Source: Eledone cirrhosa
Taxonomy: Eukaryota
Direction: 5' to 3'
DNA: 64,000 nucleotides
Assembly: GCA_964016885.1 (NCBI GenBank)
Contig: OZ024740.1
Location: forward strand, 108,996,001-109,060,000
The position numbers were made by a program, and so were the translations under genes. This document shows, in pieces, positions 39,471 to 53,757 of this stretch (its first letter is position 1; every line of letters starts with the position of its first letter). Under the pieces are notes generated by a model. The model saw nothing but the letters and a program-made list of their open reading frames with translations. It ran no database searches and had not been told where the DNA came from.

Positions 39471-40626
39471 ACTCTCTGTTAGGGACAAAGAACCTAAACA
39501 CATGCATAGGAACAATGGAAATGACAGAAGTGACTACTCTAAAATAAATAAACTTTGCATACATCAACTACTTGTAGATAAACACTACACACATCAACCA
39601 GATGACACCAATATAGTCAGAAACGATCCACATCGCGATAATAATAATGAAATTATTGTGTAAAGTGCTCAGGTGCACTACAACTCGTCAAAGGTGCATG
39701 TATAGTACATAGAATAATATACAAATGTCAGGGAAGTGAATAGTGTATGAGTCATGATATACACATGTGTGTATGTGTATGGAGAGGGAACATTAGGCGA
39801 ATCTCGGGAAGTATGGAGGTTTTAAAGGATGCAGTGTCTGGACAGCTAACAACTGATGCAGGCAGTTTGTTCCATGCTTCAGCAACTCTGAGCGTGAAAA
39901 AATATTTCCGAAAGTCATGGGAACTGTGCTGTTTTCTGACTTTGTGGGCATGCCCACATGTGTTAGACACATGGAAATATAGAGCCTTGGACAAGCATGT
40001 AGTGGGTGAGTAGAGTATAAGGATCGTAATCAAAGCTACTTCTCTAGCAATAGGAGAACTAACAATAAAAAGACAACCCCCTAGAAAGGGAAAAAAAAAA
40101 AAACCTCTAAGAAATTGGACCTGGCTAATTGACAATAAATAACACATACCACTTGGGGCCTGGACCCTTAGCATGCAACACCCCAATCATGCATCTAAAC
40201 ACAAACATACTATTGAAAGGGAAGATCATTGAGCAGCTAAAGTTGAAGAAGAAATTAATTTTTTTTTAGTTTTGTTGACAAGTGTTTAGGCTTTTAGATA
40301 TTTAAATATGAAATTAAATTAAGTATTGCACATAGGGTTTATTTTAACAGTTCTATGAATGTCAGGAAAAAAAATGGAACAACCCATACTCAGAAATCTT
40401 AAAGTGAGGTGGTTTAATAATAGCTATAAAAACCAGTACATAACTCATTGTTTTGTGGACAGAAAAAGTCATAGTTGGCTTAACAAAGCTGTTTGTGGAT
40501 ACACACACACATAAATATAATAAACTTCTTTGTTGTTTCCATCTATCAAATTCACTCACAAAAAAAGTTTAATCTAGATAACTTTATTCAGTTTTGTTTT
40601 GTTTTATTTTTTATTGTATATCAAAT

Positions 40627-42845
40627 TATTACGGGGAGAAGTGTGTCCGTAATGATAATGGTGTACCTGCGCTCACTGATACTGATAAGAAGATAGCCTG
40701 GAAGTGTCACTACGAGAGACTATTATATGAGGAGAATAAATGGGAAAAAGATAGTCTGCTCCAAATCGATCCAATAGAAGAACCAGCGGTGCAAGTTAAA
40801 GGTAGTATAATAAGTAAGGCAATCAAAGATATGAAGACAGGCAAGGCAGCTGGGCCTTCGGAGATAGTTGCTGAGATGTTGAAGGCATCTGGTATGGTGG
40901 GACACACTATGGTCACCCGTATAGTTAACCAAGTAATACAGAATGAGGTCATACCGAAAGACTGGCGTAGAGCATCATCATTAACTGCTACAAGGGTAAA
41001 GGGGATGCTCTAGATAGGGGAAACTATAGAGGCATTAAATTAGTTGACCAGGTCATGAAGGTCACAGAAAGAGTTATAACGCAACTAATCAGAGAGCGAA
41101 TTGATCTAGATGAAATGCAGTTTGGGTTTGTGTCAGGTAAAAGTACCACAGACGCTCTTTTCCTTGTACGATAACTACAAGAGAAGTACCTAGCTAAAAG
41201 TAAACCCCTCTTCTTAGCTTTTGTAGACCTGGAGAAAGCTTTTGACAGAGTCCCCCCGCTCCATTATCTGGTGGGCTCTTAGAAAACTAGGTGTAGATGA
41301 ATGGCTTGTGAGAGCTATACAAGCTATGTATAATGAAACAGTTAGTAAGGTTAGAATTAACAATGAATATTGTGAAGAATTTAGTGTAAAAGTTGGCATT
41401 CATCAAGGCTCTGTCCTTAGTCCCCTCTTATTTATTATTGCCCTTCAGGCTATAACAGAGGAGTTCAAGACCGGCTGCCCATGGGAACTCCTATACGCAG
41501 ATGATCTAACGCTCATAGCTGAATCAATGGCTGAACTAGAGAAGAAATTCGAAACATGGAAGCATGGCCTAGAATCAAAAGGCCTTAAAGTTAACTTGTC
41601 TAAGACTAAAGTTCTAGTTTATAGAAAGGAAAATAGGGCACAGGTGCCCTCAGGGAAATGGCCATGCTCAGTGTGTAGGAAAGGAGTAGGCAGAAATTCC
41701 ATTTTATGTCGCAAATGCAAAGTATGGGTACATAAAAGATGTAGTGGGATCACAGGTAAACTATCTAAGAACGTAGCCTTTATATGTGGCCAATGCTCAG
41801 GTGCAATAAGTAGCAAGTGTCCAAAGGATACTAGCTCCTTCTATTGCCCAGATGGTTCTATAGAAATAGTAGACACTTTCCGTTACCTGGGTGATGAAAT
41901 CAGCAGTGGTGGAGGGTGTTCTGAAAGTACAGTAGCCAAAGTCAGAACGGGATGGAAAAAGTTCAGAGAGCTTATACCGCTGTTGGCCACAAAAGGTTTC
42001 TCTCTAAAAATGAAAGGCAGATTGTATGATGCCTGTATACGAACAGCAATGCTACATGGCAGTGAGACATGGGCATTACGTGCAGAGGACCTGCGTAGAC
42101 TGGAAAGGAACGAAGCATGCATGCTCCGCTGGATGTGTAATAGTAATATACGTGAATGGCAAAGCATAAATGAAATAAGTGAGAAATTAGGAATAAGAGG
42201 GATCAGATGATGTTTACTTGAGAGAAGACTACGTTGGTATGGTCATGTAATGCGTATGAAAGACGACAGCTGCATAAAAAAGTGCAGGGTGATCAAAATT
42301 GATGGTAGTTACGGAGTAGGTAGACCCAGAAAAACCTGGGATGATCTGAAAAATTCCGACCTCACACACTTACATCTCTCTAAGACAATGTCACTGGACC
42401 GAGATCTTTGGCGCTACGCAGTAATACTGAAGACCCACCTTGCCTATGTACAAAGCGAAATCTACAGTCAGTAGGCACCTCTTAACCAAATATACACCCC
42501 AATCCACTACCCCTACCCTATCCTCCCACCAACAGCACGAGAAAATGAGATCGAGATCGTGTAAGTGTCACGGCAAAAAACACAGTCCACGCTGTAATGT
42601 GGCCGTGTAGGTAACACAGTAAAAAGTTCCCAGTTCCACACTGTAAATGTGGTTGGTGTTAGGAAGGGCATCCAGCTGAAGAAAACCTGCCAGATAGTCC
42701 TATATGAGCGAGACACGGTCACCCGACCAGCCTTGCCTCAAGTGGGACAACTCCCGTCTAACCCATGCTAGCGTGGAAAATGGACGTTAAACGAAGATGA
42801 TGATGATGATGATATACGTTAAACGGTGATGATAATGATGATGAT
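40627..42845 (+). mobile_element. 5'-truncated RTE LINE with frameshifts and a stop
   Basis: ORF pieces 40594-41013, 41242-42210, 42250-42474 are collinear with ORF 13833-16211; (GAT)n tail. Confidence 0.95.
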
Positions 42846-43274
42846 ATATATATATATATATAAGCGAGGTTACAAGACAAAGACAACAGAAGAAGTAATG
42901 GAAAAAACGGACAGTCTCTTCAGTCAACTTCAGGAAATCCTTAGTTTCAGTGCATTACTATGTGTTTATATATATATATATCATACATAAGTAAAATTTG
43001 TCAGCAATATACTTAACATATTAATTTTTAAAAAAACTTAGAGAAGCATATACATATAGAACATCTTGCACAAAAATACAGAATGACCAACGGGTAGGTC
43101 ACAACCATTTTACCCTAGTGGTAGAATCTTAGTTAAACAACCTAAGGAGTTATCTAGCTCTAGTTAACTAAGATTCTACTGCTAGAGCAATGTGAAGTTT
43201 TTCTTATTTTAGATTACTTTATTGGGATCTACCCATTGGTCATTCTGTATTTTTGTGTAAGCTGTTTTATATGT

Positions 43275-43307
<33 letters not shown>

Positions 43308-44607
43308 AATAAATATAGAGAAAAATAGAGAAAAATACTGCAGGTAGCACATGGATAACATGTAATAAAATGAGTCCCTCATCAGTGATTTGCCGACGAT
43401 CATAGATATTTCATTGCATTAAAAATCATATATATATTGCAGTTTTGATAATGCATATTTAAATATTTCTATTTACTCTTTTACCTGTTTCAGCCATCCG
43501 GCTGAGGCCATGCTGGGGCACCGCCCTTAGATAATAATTTATTGAATTTTCCTCTTACTATAATTCAATATCTTTATCTAACCATTTAATTGTACATTAA
43601 GGGTCATTTTTTTTTATGTTGTATGGATTGTAAAATATTTATTATACAAACTTCTTTCAATATTTTTGTGTTTTCTGGGTTGGCTTTATTCTGTATAGGT
43701 TTGAAGTCAAGATTATAGTGAATTATACTCTAGCTTAATGGTTCTTTATTGGATCATATATCAGCTGGACACATGATCATGTTATTTATTTTGGGTTTTT
43801 TTGGGGGGGTTTATAGTTTAGGAAATTTAAGGAGGTGCATTGAAAGGGTGGAGCATGGCCAATTACACAATGGGGTTGTAATCACTGCAAGATAATAATG
43901 ATTACTATTATACAGAAACTACATAATTTGGTGGCTGCAGCTTGATAATATCTTCCCCATAACAGTGGTTGATTTAATGGGAGATGGGGATACAAAACAA
44001 AGAATAGTCATGATCTAGTTCAGCCTCTTATGGTATGGTAGGTGTCCAAGGTTGATATAGGTGTATGCCTTATGTTTGGCTTTAGTTCAAGGTTGCTTTT
44101 GATTTTTCTGGATATATTTAATTAAAGGTTAGAGCAATCAATGGTATTAATTGCACGTGTGTGTGTATGTGTGTATTTACACACACACATACACAGGTAG
44201 TGAAAGAAAACATTACTGACAGAATGCAAATTTCTAGTATGAATTTAAAAAAAGTTTTAAACATAACATTTTGGTGTGACAGCTAGACAAAGAATTCAGT
44301 ACAATCATTATGGAAGTTAGTGGGGTGGGTACTTTTATGATACTTCCCTGATTATCTATTCTAATAAGCTGTACTTCTCATTATCAGTTTTTTCGTTCGT
44401 ATTTCCATGTTGGCATGAGTTGGACATGACATTTCGAGGTAGGATTCTATGACCATGTGCCAACCCTCACTTGCTCTTTAAAATAAGATACAGATCTTTA
44501 CATATCTAACTACAGTTTATATGGAACACAAAGAAATATCCCTGCCTTCCTTTGTCAAATGCAAAGAGAAAAGAGACCCCCCCACCACCATATATATATA
44601 TATATAT

Positions 44608-44946
44608 CATCATCATCATTTCATTTTATGTCCGCGTTTTCCCTGCTTGCAAGGGTGGGACGGGAACTGATTCTGGCTTGATTTCTACAGCTGGATGCCC
44701 TTCCTAACACCAACCTCATTTACAGTGAGTGGTGGGTGATTTTTTTTCTGTGGCACCTCCACGACCACTTTACAGTGGAATGATAGGAACCCCAGTCCCT
44801 ATCATCTCACTTCTACAGCTGAGTAAACTGGAGCAATGTGAAATAAAGTGTCTTGCTCAAGGAAACAACACATCACCCGGTCTGAGAATTGAACTCACAA
44901 CCTTTCGATTGCAAGGCCAATGCTCTAATCACTAAGCCATGTGCCT
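44608..44946 (-). mobile_element. tRNA-headed SINE with an RTE-derived tail
   Basis: Near-identical to 3503-3846. Confidence 0.9.
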
Positions 44947-44967
44947 CTCTCTCTCTCTCTCTCTCCC

Positions 44968-45015
<48 letters not shown>

Positions 45016-45460
45016 GTGGTAGAACACTGGAAAGTAATATCCTGTAGCAGTAGAGCACTCAGTCCTTGGGACGAAAAACTCAATTACATTCACAAGGACT
45101 CATGCCACACTCCCACTGTTTTTAGAAACTTCGTAAATAATATCAGTACTAGAATCTCAAACCTCTCCTCTAATAAGGTTATCTTTGACAGGGCGGCACC
45201 CTACTATAACACGGCATTAGCTAACAGCGGCTTCTTGCAACCTATCACTTACTCTCCCACTAACAACAACAGTAATAAGAAAAAGACAGCATAACAATAG
45301 ACAAACTATCTGGTTCTCTCCTCCCTTCTCACTCAACGTTAAAACCAATGTAGGCAAAAAATTTCTAACTCTCTTAGATAGACACTTTCCCATAGATCAT
45401 AAATACCGCTCCATCTTTAACCGACACAAAGTAAAACTAAGATACTTCTGCGTTAAGAAC

Positions 45461-45955
45461 ATGAAGGCCCACATCACCAACAGCCCCAAGAACAACACCC
45501 CACCAGGGTGCTCTTGCCGTAAGCCTGAAGCTTGTCCCCTTCAACAGCAATGCAACATACCCACTGTAGTTTATGAAGCTGTGGTCACTTCCAACCGACC
45601 AAATCAACTACAGGAGGTCAAATCCTATGTGGGTATGGCGGAGGGCCGATTTAAGGAACGCTTCCTGAACCACCAGTCGACCTTTAGGTACCCGTACAGA
45701 CGTTCATCCACAAAACTCGCGAGCCACGTATGGTCCCTCAAGGACTCAAGTATAGACTACTCCATTCAATGGAAAACCATCACTAAGTCCAAGCCATATG
45801 CAAGGGGCAATCCGTCGTGTGGACTATGTATTGATGAACGAATAAATATAAAGAGATTACGCAATAGTGATTGCCTAAACACGAGAAATGAATTCTTCAC
45901 ACGTTGTCCACACGTCTGGAAACACCTCTTACATAACTACAAAGCTCCGGATTGA
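45461..45955 (+). pseudogene. Zn finger + GIY-YIG endonuclease of the PLE
   Basis: CSCRKPEACPLQQQC, VVY...YVG, FKERFLNH, CGLCIDE, LNTRNE, CPH; upstream frame broken near 45292. Confidence 0.88.
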
Positions 45956-46117
45956 ATTACAACAACATCCTAATTTTCTTATCAACTAGAAACTTTCGGA
46001 CTTTCGCAGTTATCTCCTTTACACCGCTCGCACGCAATTTAGTATTGCCTGTGTGAAGTGATCGTTTCTGCGCATGCGCGTCCGTACGGTTCTTTTTCCT
46101 GTTCCGTATAACCATGT

Positions 46118-46167
46118 CCATTATGAGCTGAGGATCCACTAAGGTGACACAATTGTTCTCGGTATGG
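46118..46167 (+). ncRNA. Degenerate minimal hammerhead in the PLE 3' region
   Basis: gag CTGAGGA t-cc-actaa-gg-t GACA(for GAAA) caattg TT ctc; palindromic acaattgt. Confidence 0.55.
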
Positions 46168-46202
46168 TGAACTAACTGTTGTGTAACCACTTATATATAT
46201 AT

Positions 46203-46262
<60 letters not shown>

Positions 46263-49200
46263 GTTTAACGTCCATCTTCCACGCTTGCATGGGTTTGGAC
46301 GGGGGTTTTCCCACTTGAGGCAAGAGTGGTTGTCTTGCTCGCATAGGACTGTCTGGCGGGTTTTCTATGGCTGGATGCCCTTCCTAACACCAACCACATT
46401 TACAGTGTGGATTGGGAGGTTTTTACCGTGTTACCTACACCTATATATATATATTAGAAAATAGAATAGCTTTCACCGTATTTTTGACTAAAGGAATTTT
46501 AGCCTGATAATGGGGTTTAGAACCGTACATGTACGTCAATACTCATCTTTTTCCATTTATCTGAGGGTTCTAAACCCCATTATCAGGCTAAAATTCCTTT
46601 AGTCAAAAATACGGTGAAAGCTATTCTATTTTATAATTTCAAACCTGCTCACTGTTTCAAAACATACTTACTTGATATATATATATATATATAAATACAA
46701 TGGGCTTCCTTACAGTTTTCATCTACTAAATTCACTCACAAGACTATAGTGGAAGTCACTTGATCAAGGTGCTATGCAGTGGTATGAACATGAAACTATG
46801 TGCTAGCAAGTAAGGCTTCTAAACCACATTGACATGCTTACACCTATAGGTTTACCTATATACCTATGTGGTATTAATCTATATCATTAATTTATATCTA
46901 CATGGTATTAACCTATATCAAGGTGATCTGCAATATTAAAAGTTAGTAAGTTTTGTGTGGATACAGTGCAATGCTGCTGGTAGAATAAGAATAAGGAAGT
47001 TTTGGTTAGGCGGGCAGCCTATTACATCAACTAACTGTGACACTCATGAAAGAATCAGTCTTAAACATACAGATGATATTTTTCTTTATTAAAAAGAATA
47101 TAAAGAGAACTAGTGTGTTATCTGTCACAATGAGTAATTTGGGGAGTAATACTTTTTTTTAAAACAACAAAAAAGCATTTTCACTTGAGCTATATTTTCA
47201 TTATATAAGTCAACTCTTAATGTCCTGTACTACATTCTTGAAAAGTACAAAACAGCACTATGACTGTGTTACATTAAAAATCAGTCTTTACCCTAATACG
47301 GCAAAATTTCACAACAATCTGTAATTAAACCTATTTTTAGATATGTTTACAAGATGTTAAGAGTTAAATACTTGAATCATTTTTCATTATTTTGTGATCC
47401 ATATTGAAATATATTTACAATATAATAAATTATAATTTTAGGTCCAAATAAAATAACTACATCTCTGTTGTTTTTGACATTCCATAATCTAACTGCTACA
47501 CACACAAAGATTAAAAACAAATTCACTCTATTTACATTTTGTAACCTTCTGTTGTCATGCATATTTCCCAATCTTGCTGGAAATGTATGAGCAAGATGAG
47601 ATCTCTCTGAACCATCTGGTTTCAGACCATGACAATCTGTCAAGCCCATGCTAACATGGGCAGTGGGCGTAAAATGATGATGGTGATGATATAAGTTTGT
47701 TATTTAATTTAGTGAGAAATGTTTTGGTATTCCAATGGAGATAGACAAACACAAAAAACTCACTGTAAATTACATTATCTCTTAATGTCTTTAATGTACC
47801 ATGTGAAACCACATTAGCAAGACATTCTTGAATAGTACAAAGCAACACTATGACTAAATTACATTAAATAGTTAAAGTCTTTGATTATTGCACATGTTCA
47901 CACTAAACGTCCACTAATAAACTATATATACTATAAACATTAGAATTAACAAATCTGTTTTTAGTTATATTTGTTAAATCATTGACTACAGGATGTTAAG
48001 AGTTAGTAGATTTTTATGAAAGTTCTTTAACAACTATTATTCTTGTTTTCAAAAAACTGATGTTTCATCTTTTCCACCATCAATACATTTAGAAAATTTT
48101 AATTATAATAATAGACAAAAGGAAATTTTTATGTGTTTTATTTAATTTAATTTATTTTGTTGGTGTTATATGTGCCGGCATGGCTATGTTGTTAGGAATG
48201 CCTTTGATCCTGTATCTGCTAGATTAGGGTTGTCATGGGGGTTAAACAACAACAACCTTCAATATTTTTATCACTGAAAATCATTACAGCATTAAGAATA
48301 TAACATTTAGTAGGGAGGTAAACCAGGAGGAATTTGGAAATATCATTTACTAATATTAGAATAAAAACCATAAAGATTACAGGAAAAGGAAAAAATCTTA
48401 CATCAAAATATAAATCCTCTTTGATATAATGGAATATGAAAATGTACACTTATTTTCTGCATTGTGCATATTTGATACAATGTATTATCATAACACCAAC
48501 TGCGTAACTATAATTATAAATTAAATATTTAATCAATGTATAAAAATTGACTTCACAAACCTTCTTAATTCTTGGAAATAGAAAGACAAAAAAATTTAAC
48601 ATCAAGAAGAAATAAATATTGAATGCAAATTGAATTTAACAGATTTGGTGTATTTTTTTGAATCGCTAAATTAACTCTTTCACAATGTAATTGATTTAGT
48701 TTCAATACATAGTCTCAGATGAAGTCATTGGCTACAAAAACTCTTATACGTTGTCTAAAGAAGATAACTACACAACAACTTTGCTTTATCAAATATTTTT
48801 CAAGAGTCGTTATTCTAAATATTTTGGCTAGTTTTTATTAAGACCAAACATTTCAGATGTTTATTAAAACGATGACCTTAATTATTCATTTATGCCCAAG
48901 GAAATCTTTTGAATGATGTTTATAAAGTGTAGTGATAGCTGTGTGATGTGGTTAAGAAGTTTGCTTCACAACCATGTGGTTTAGGGTTTAATTCCATTAT
49001 GGGGCATCTTGTGGAAATGTCTTTTACTAAAGCCTCAAGCTGACTAATGCTATGTGAATAAATTTGGTAGATGGAAATTGTGCAGAAGTTCATAGTATGT
49101 GCGTGTGTCTATGTCTTTTCATTGATACCATTTAAAGCATGTGCCAGCATTTGTTCATGTCCTTCTTAAACAAAGTGTCCTACAATATAGCAGTATGACA

Positions 49201-52200
49201 AAGATCAGTGGAGAATAAGTACCATACTTAAAAATAGTAAAGCAGATGTGGGTGTCTGGAAGGACATCAAGCTATAGAAAAAATACTGTCCCAAAATATT
49301 TTGTTTGTCCCAGACTAGCATGGAAGAGTAGACATAAAAATGAAAGTAAATATTTTGTGTCAAAACTTTATCAGCAGATAATCAAATATATTTGAACGGT
49401 TAATGTTGAAGAATTATAAGGAGAAATTTTAAAGTTTTAAAAATACCACATATATTTGTGTAAAGTCACACCTTTTCTCATGAAAATATGTTGTGCAAAA
49501 CTTACATAAGCTCAATTCAAAATATATGCTATATTGTAAGTGTTGTGTGCAAAATGTTAGTGTGACATATCTACCGATACAACTTATTAATGAATATATA
49601 CAGTCATCATCATCATTATTTATTATCTGTTTTCCCTGCTAGCAAGGGCTGGAAGTGTCATCACAGACTGGTCAGTATTTGAGAGCCAAGGGCCCAACAT
49701 ACAATCCTGTGATCTACCAAGTGCATTTTATTGTGGCACCAATGGAAGTTGTCATGTCCTTGACAAAGATGAAGTCTTTCTGAACCTTTGTTAGGCAGGT
49801 TTTCTATGGCTGGATGATCTTCCTATAACCAACCATTTTACAGAAATAACCAAGAAAGTGAAGTATTAATTGGTCATAAGAAAGAAAGGAAGAGAATGAC
49901 AGAGGAAATCAATTATTGATAGTTTGTTAGAAATGAGGATTGATTAAGATACCGCTTTCTTCATCTTCTTCTAAAGTCAACCTATACCAAGGATAAGGAC
50001 TTCTTTTGGTAATGGCCCACTCTTGATTTGTTTATATCACATACATGTATATTATATGATACCTCACAGAGACCTACAGTGAACAGCTCCATTGCAGAGT
50101 ATATACAGTAATTTTTGTATTTGTAATTATTGTATCTTATAACAACGACTATGTTATCTAAGGCCTCTGTCAGTCAGAGATGACCATGTATCTAAAATTC
50201 CTCCCCAGGACACAGGCCAAGACAAGGCTATTTTGTTTGTAAAAAAAACCCCCCAAAACCCCCCCAAAAACCCAGCTGTTGCCCCTGCAGCAAATCTCCC
50301 ATTTCCATGCCATCATCTTGTAGAAGAGAAAGTCAAAGGACCATACAGCTAGGCACTAATATCATCGAAAGTAAACTCAGAATATAAAGAGCAAAAAAAA
50401 AAGAAGGTATTTTATCAGCCACTAACAATTCTGTCAATCCACTATATTCAATGATTATATAACATCCATCTTTTCCTTATCTATTCATCTTATTCACTAC
50501 TTTTTATAGTTAAACTCTTTTGATAGAAAACTACCTAGTTCTATGATACTAAGATGTTTGTTTTAAAATGGTGCTATTTATCCAAAAACATTCCATCATA
50601 ATTTTATATAAGAACCTTTGTTAAGTTAGGCTCTAAACATCAGCTTTAGTTATTTTACTAAATTCCAACAGATTTTTTTATTTTCAAAATTAATTGAAAC
50701 ACATTGTATTTCACTAGAAATACAGTAACAAAAGCCTATTCACTAATTTTAACAGTTTTAAACAACAAAATACTAAAAGAATGTTAGAACCTAAAGGTAT
50801 TCCAAATATTCTAAAATCAATAAACTGTGAAAATAGGAATAAAGAGACATTCACAGTAAATCAACTTTCTCTGTTGATCTTTTTGGCATAATATTGTCAG
50901 GAAATATTTTATAGAAAAAATGTCTGTTGTCAACTTCAAAATAAAATTCCTTGTTAGTCCTTTTGTTACAGCCTTTGATTTTCAAACATTTTTGAAAATA
51001 AACACGAATTTGGAGCGATTTGGTAATATAATTAACCTCCTTATTATTAAGCTGGTTTTTGGGAGCATAATTTAACAAATATAAAATTATGATGGAAGGA
51101 TTTTAGATATAAACACTAAAAAATAAACAGCTTTACATTGAAGAACAAGGGCTGGTTTCTGGTGGTTTGGTATCTAAAGAATTGAGAACCAACAGAAATC
51201 AACTAGATGGGATTTCATACCTACAGTTCAGTACACTCCCTAACTTTGTTTGGTCATAACTTTCTTTATATTGAAATTTTGTGGAGATACATTTTCAATA
51301 CTGTAGATCATGAATTTATGAATTATGTTAAGGAAATTTAAAAGTATAAGCAATTTTTTTTTTTCAATTCATAGTTGTAAAAATGACACTATATTCCTGT
51401 AGAAAATCTGACATCACCATGATTGATATTATTCATTATCAATATGAAATAAAAAAAATATGATGAAAAAAATGTTTGTTTAGTCTTCTACAAATCAAAA
51501 GTATTCAGTAGATGAAAGACACATTAATGAATAAGACTACAATTATGAAATAATTACAAAAATTGTTTTTTTTTAAATTTCACTAACAAAATCTACTTCA
51601 TGGAAAACATATCTTAGCAAACATTCATTTAAAAAAATCATTATTAACCCATTTGATAGCAAACCACTTGAAGCTGCTTCTGATTTTATGATACATAACT
51701 GTTTATTTATCTAAAACTCTTCCATCAAAATTTTTGTTATGTTCAAATGACAGCTTAATAATGAGGAAGTTAGTTATTTTACTAAATCCTCACAAATTCT
51801 TGATTATTTTCAAAATTATTTAAAAATTTGAAAATCATTAGAAATGTGATAATGAAAGGGTTAAGAAAGTTATAAGCAAACAAATTTGATGAAGCATAAA
51901 CTGTAGTTATGCTCTTTACAATACATGAACACTTCATGAGTTTTGGATTATTCCTTAGATTTACTGTAATGAAAGGGTAAATTATCAGTTATAGGACACC
52001 AGACAATCAGAATATCAGACATATCGCATGGGTTTGTACACACACACACTAAAGCTTGTTTTAGTAAATATATTGTCTGATAATCTTTAATCTATTTTAG
52101 ATTTTTAGTTTCTAGATATGAAAAGAGAAACAACTTAAAAGTGAAATAAAAAGCAGCCAGTAGATACAATAACTAATGAATTAACGAATGACCTTCAATA

Positions 52201-52894
52201 CATGTTATTATTAAGAGTACAAGAAAAAGTTAATCTAATTAATTTCATTATCATAATCATCATCAGCAACAGTCTTAATTCTCTATTTCTAGTATCATAA
52301 GATGTATTGATCTGAAGCGAAGCTTTCCACCCACCTATCTAGGTCAGATGTCTTCCTTAATGTATAACCTATTTAGATGAAACATAACTATTTTGTGCCA
52401 AATTATTCTTCACCAGTACATAATTCCTTGTTTTATGGATGAACAAGTAACACATGGTTTCTTTGCCAAACTGTAACAATACTATGTTTGTGGATTACAC
52501 ACACGAACACACATGTGTGACTTCCTTTGGTTTTGACAATGTGTTTCAGTTAATTTCATCAACAGAACTGCCTGCTTGTGAAATTAACATGCAAGTGACT
52601 GAGCATTGCACACACACATGTAACCATAACTTAGTTCTCAGGGAGAACTAAGTTGTGGTTACAAGTATGAACGAAAGCATTTCAGAAACACTCACACCCC
52701 CATCTCCAGTTATTTCGTCTTGTATTTGTTTTCCATGAATACTAAATAAAAGTTTCAGAATGTTTTTGACAGATCAGGATGCAACCCTTACTTCAGAACA
52801 CAAAATGCCATTGGGAGTCAAACTCATGGCCTTACAATTGTGAGCCGAACATCCTAACTCCTTAACCATGCACCTTCATATATATCTTTTTCTT

Positions 52895-53757
52895 CTTCTA
52901 TACATTCATTACTGGTACCATGAAGAAGTTTCTCCTCCAGCTCTCCCTGTCTAGCATTGCCGTATGAATTTCCTCTGCCTCCAATTTGGTGTCATCTTTA
53001 AGAACATCATTCAGCATGGTGGCTGGTCTCCCAATTTGTCTGCATGCATTAGGTTTCCAGAAAAGAACTCTGCCAGCAGATCCATTGTGATGTTTCACAT
53101 ATCTGGCTAATGCGAGCCTCCTATGCTTTATGATGTCAGAAAGGCAAAGGTGTGAGCCATAGAGTGATTTCTTTGCTACATGTGTTCTCCAGGATATGTT
53201 CTGGACCTTTCTCAGCATCTGGGTGAATGTGCCATTAATCCTCTTTGTGAATGTTTTTGTTAATGACCATAACACATCCGTAGAGGAGAATGGACGCAAT
53301 CGTTGCTTTGAATAGCCTCATTTTTGTGGCTTTCTTGATCGGAGACACCCACACCTTTGATAGAACTTCTGGTCTCTTTCCTTTTTGTGATTTTCCTTGA
53401 TGGACAGTGTAATGCCATTGCACCACCAGACAGAATAATACTGAAGAGTTGATAAAGCACCCAACATCCAGAAGAAGTTCTACCTGAAATGGCTTATGCA
53501 GATGACATAGCTCTCCCGAAAAACACCTGCAAAGAAGCTGAGGAAGTGCTACAGATTGGAGGCTGTAGTGCAGTCCATTGGACTCTTCTTGAATTCTGGC
53601 AAAACAAAATTCATGCACCTCAATGTTATACCAGGTAAACAAATGCATGCGCTGGATGGTTCAGAGATTGAGGAGGTCGATGATTTCTTGTACCTTGGCA
53701 GTTTTAATGAATACAGAGCATGATGTGGACACCAGGATAGGCAAGGCATGGGAGTCT
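52895..53757 (-). mobile_element. RTE-X/RTE-like LINE remnant with an inverted 5' part
   Basis: Minus 52898-53375: RLFKATIASILLYG...MLRKVQNISW...RRLALA...GRP; plus ~53490-53755: ADDIAL...GLFLNSGKTKFM...EEVDDFLYLGS...TRIGKAW. Confidence 0.8.

Larger units (their letters stand above)
45017..46192 (+). mobile_element. 5'-truncated Penelope-like element (Neptune-like)
   Basis: RT thumb (RISNLSS...YYNTALANSGF), linker IWFSPPFSLNVKTNVGKKFL...HFP, CxC..CPL..C finger, GIY-YIG, 3' hammerhead-like motif; TA tracts on both sides. Confidence 0.9.

Noticed and set aside
43360-43400. CTGATGA on the minus strand
   Set aside because: No downstream stem II-GAAA or pairing stem I found
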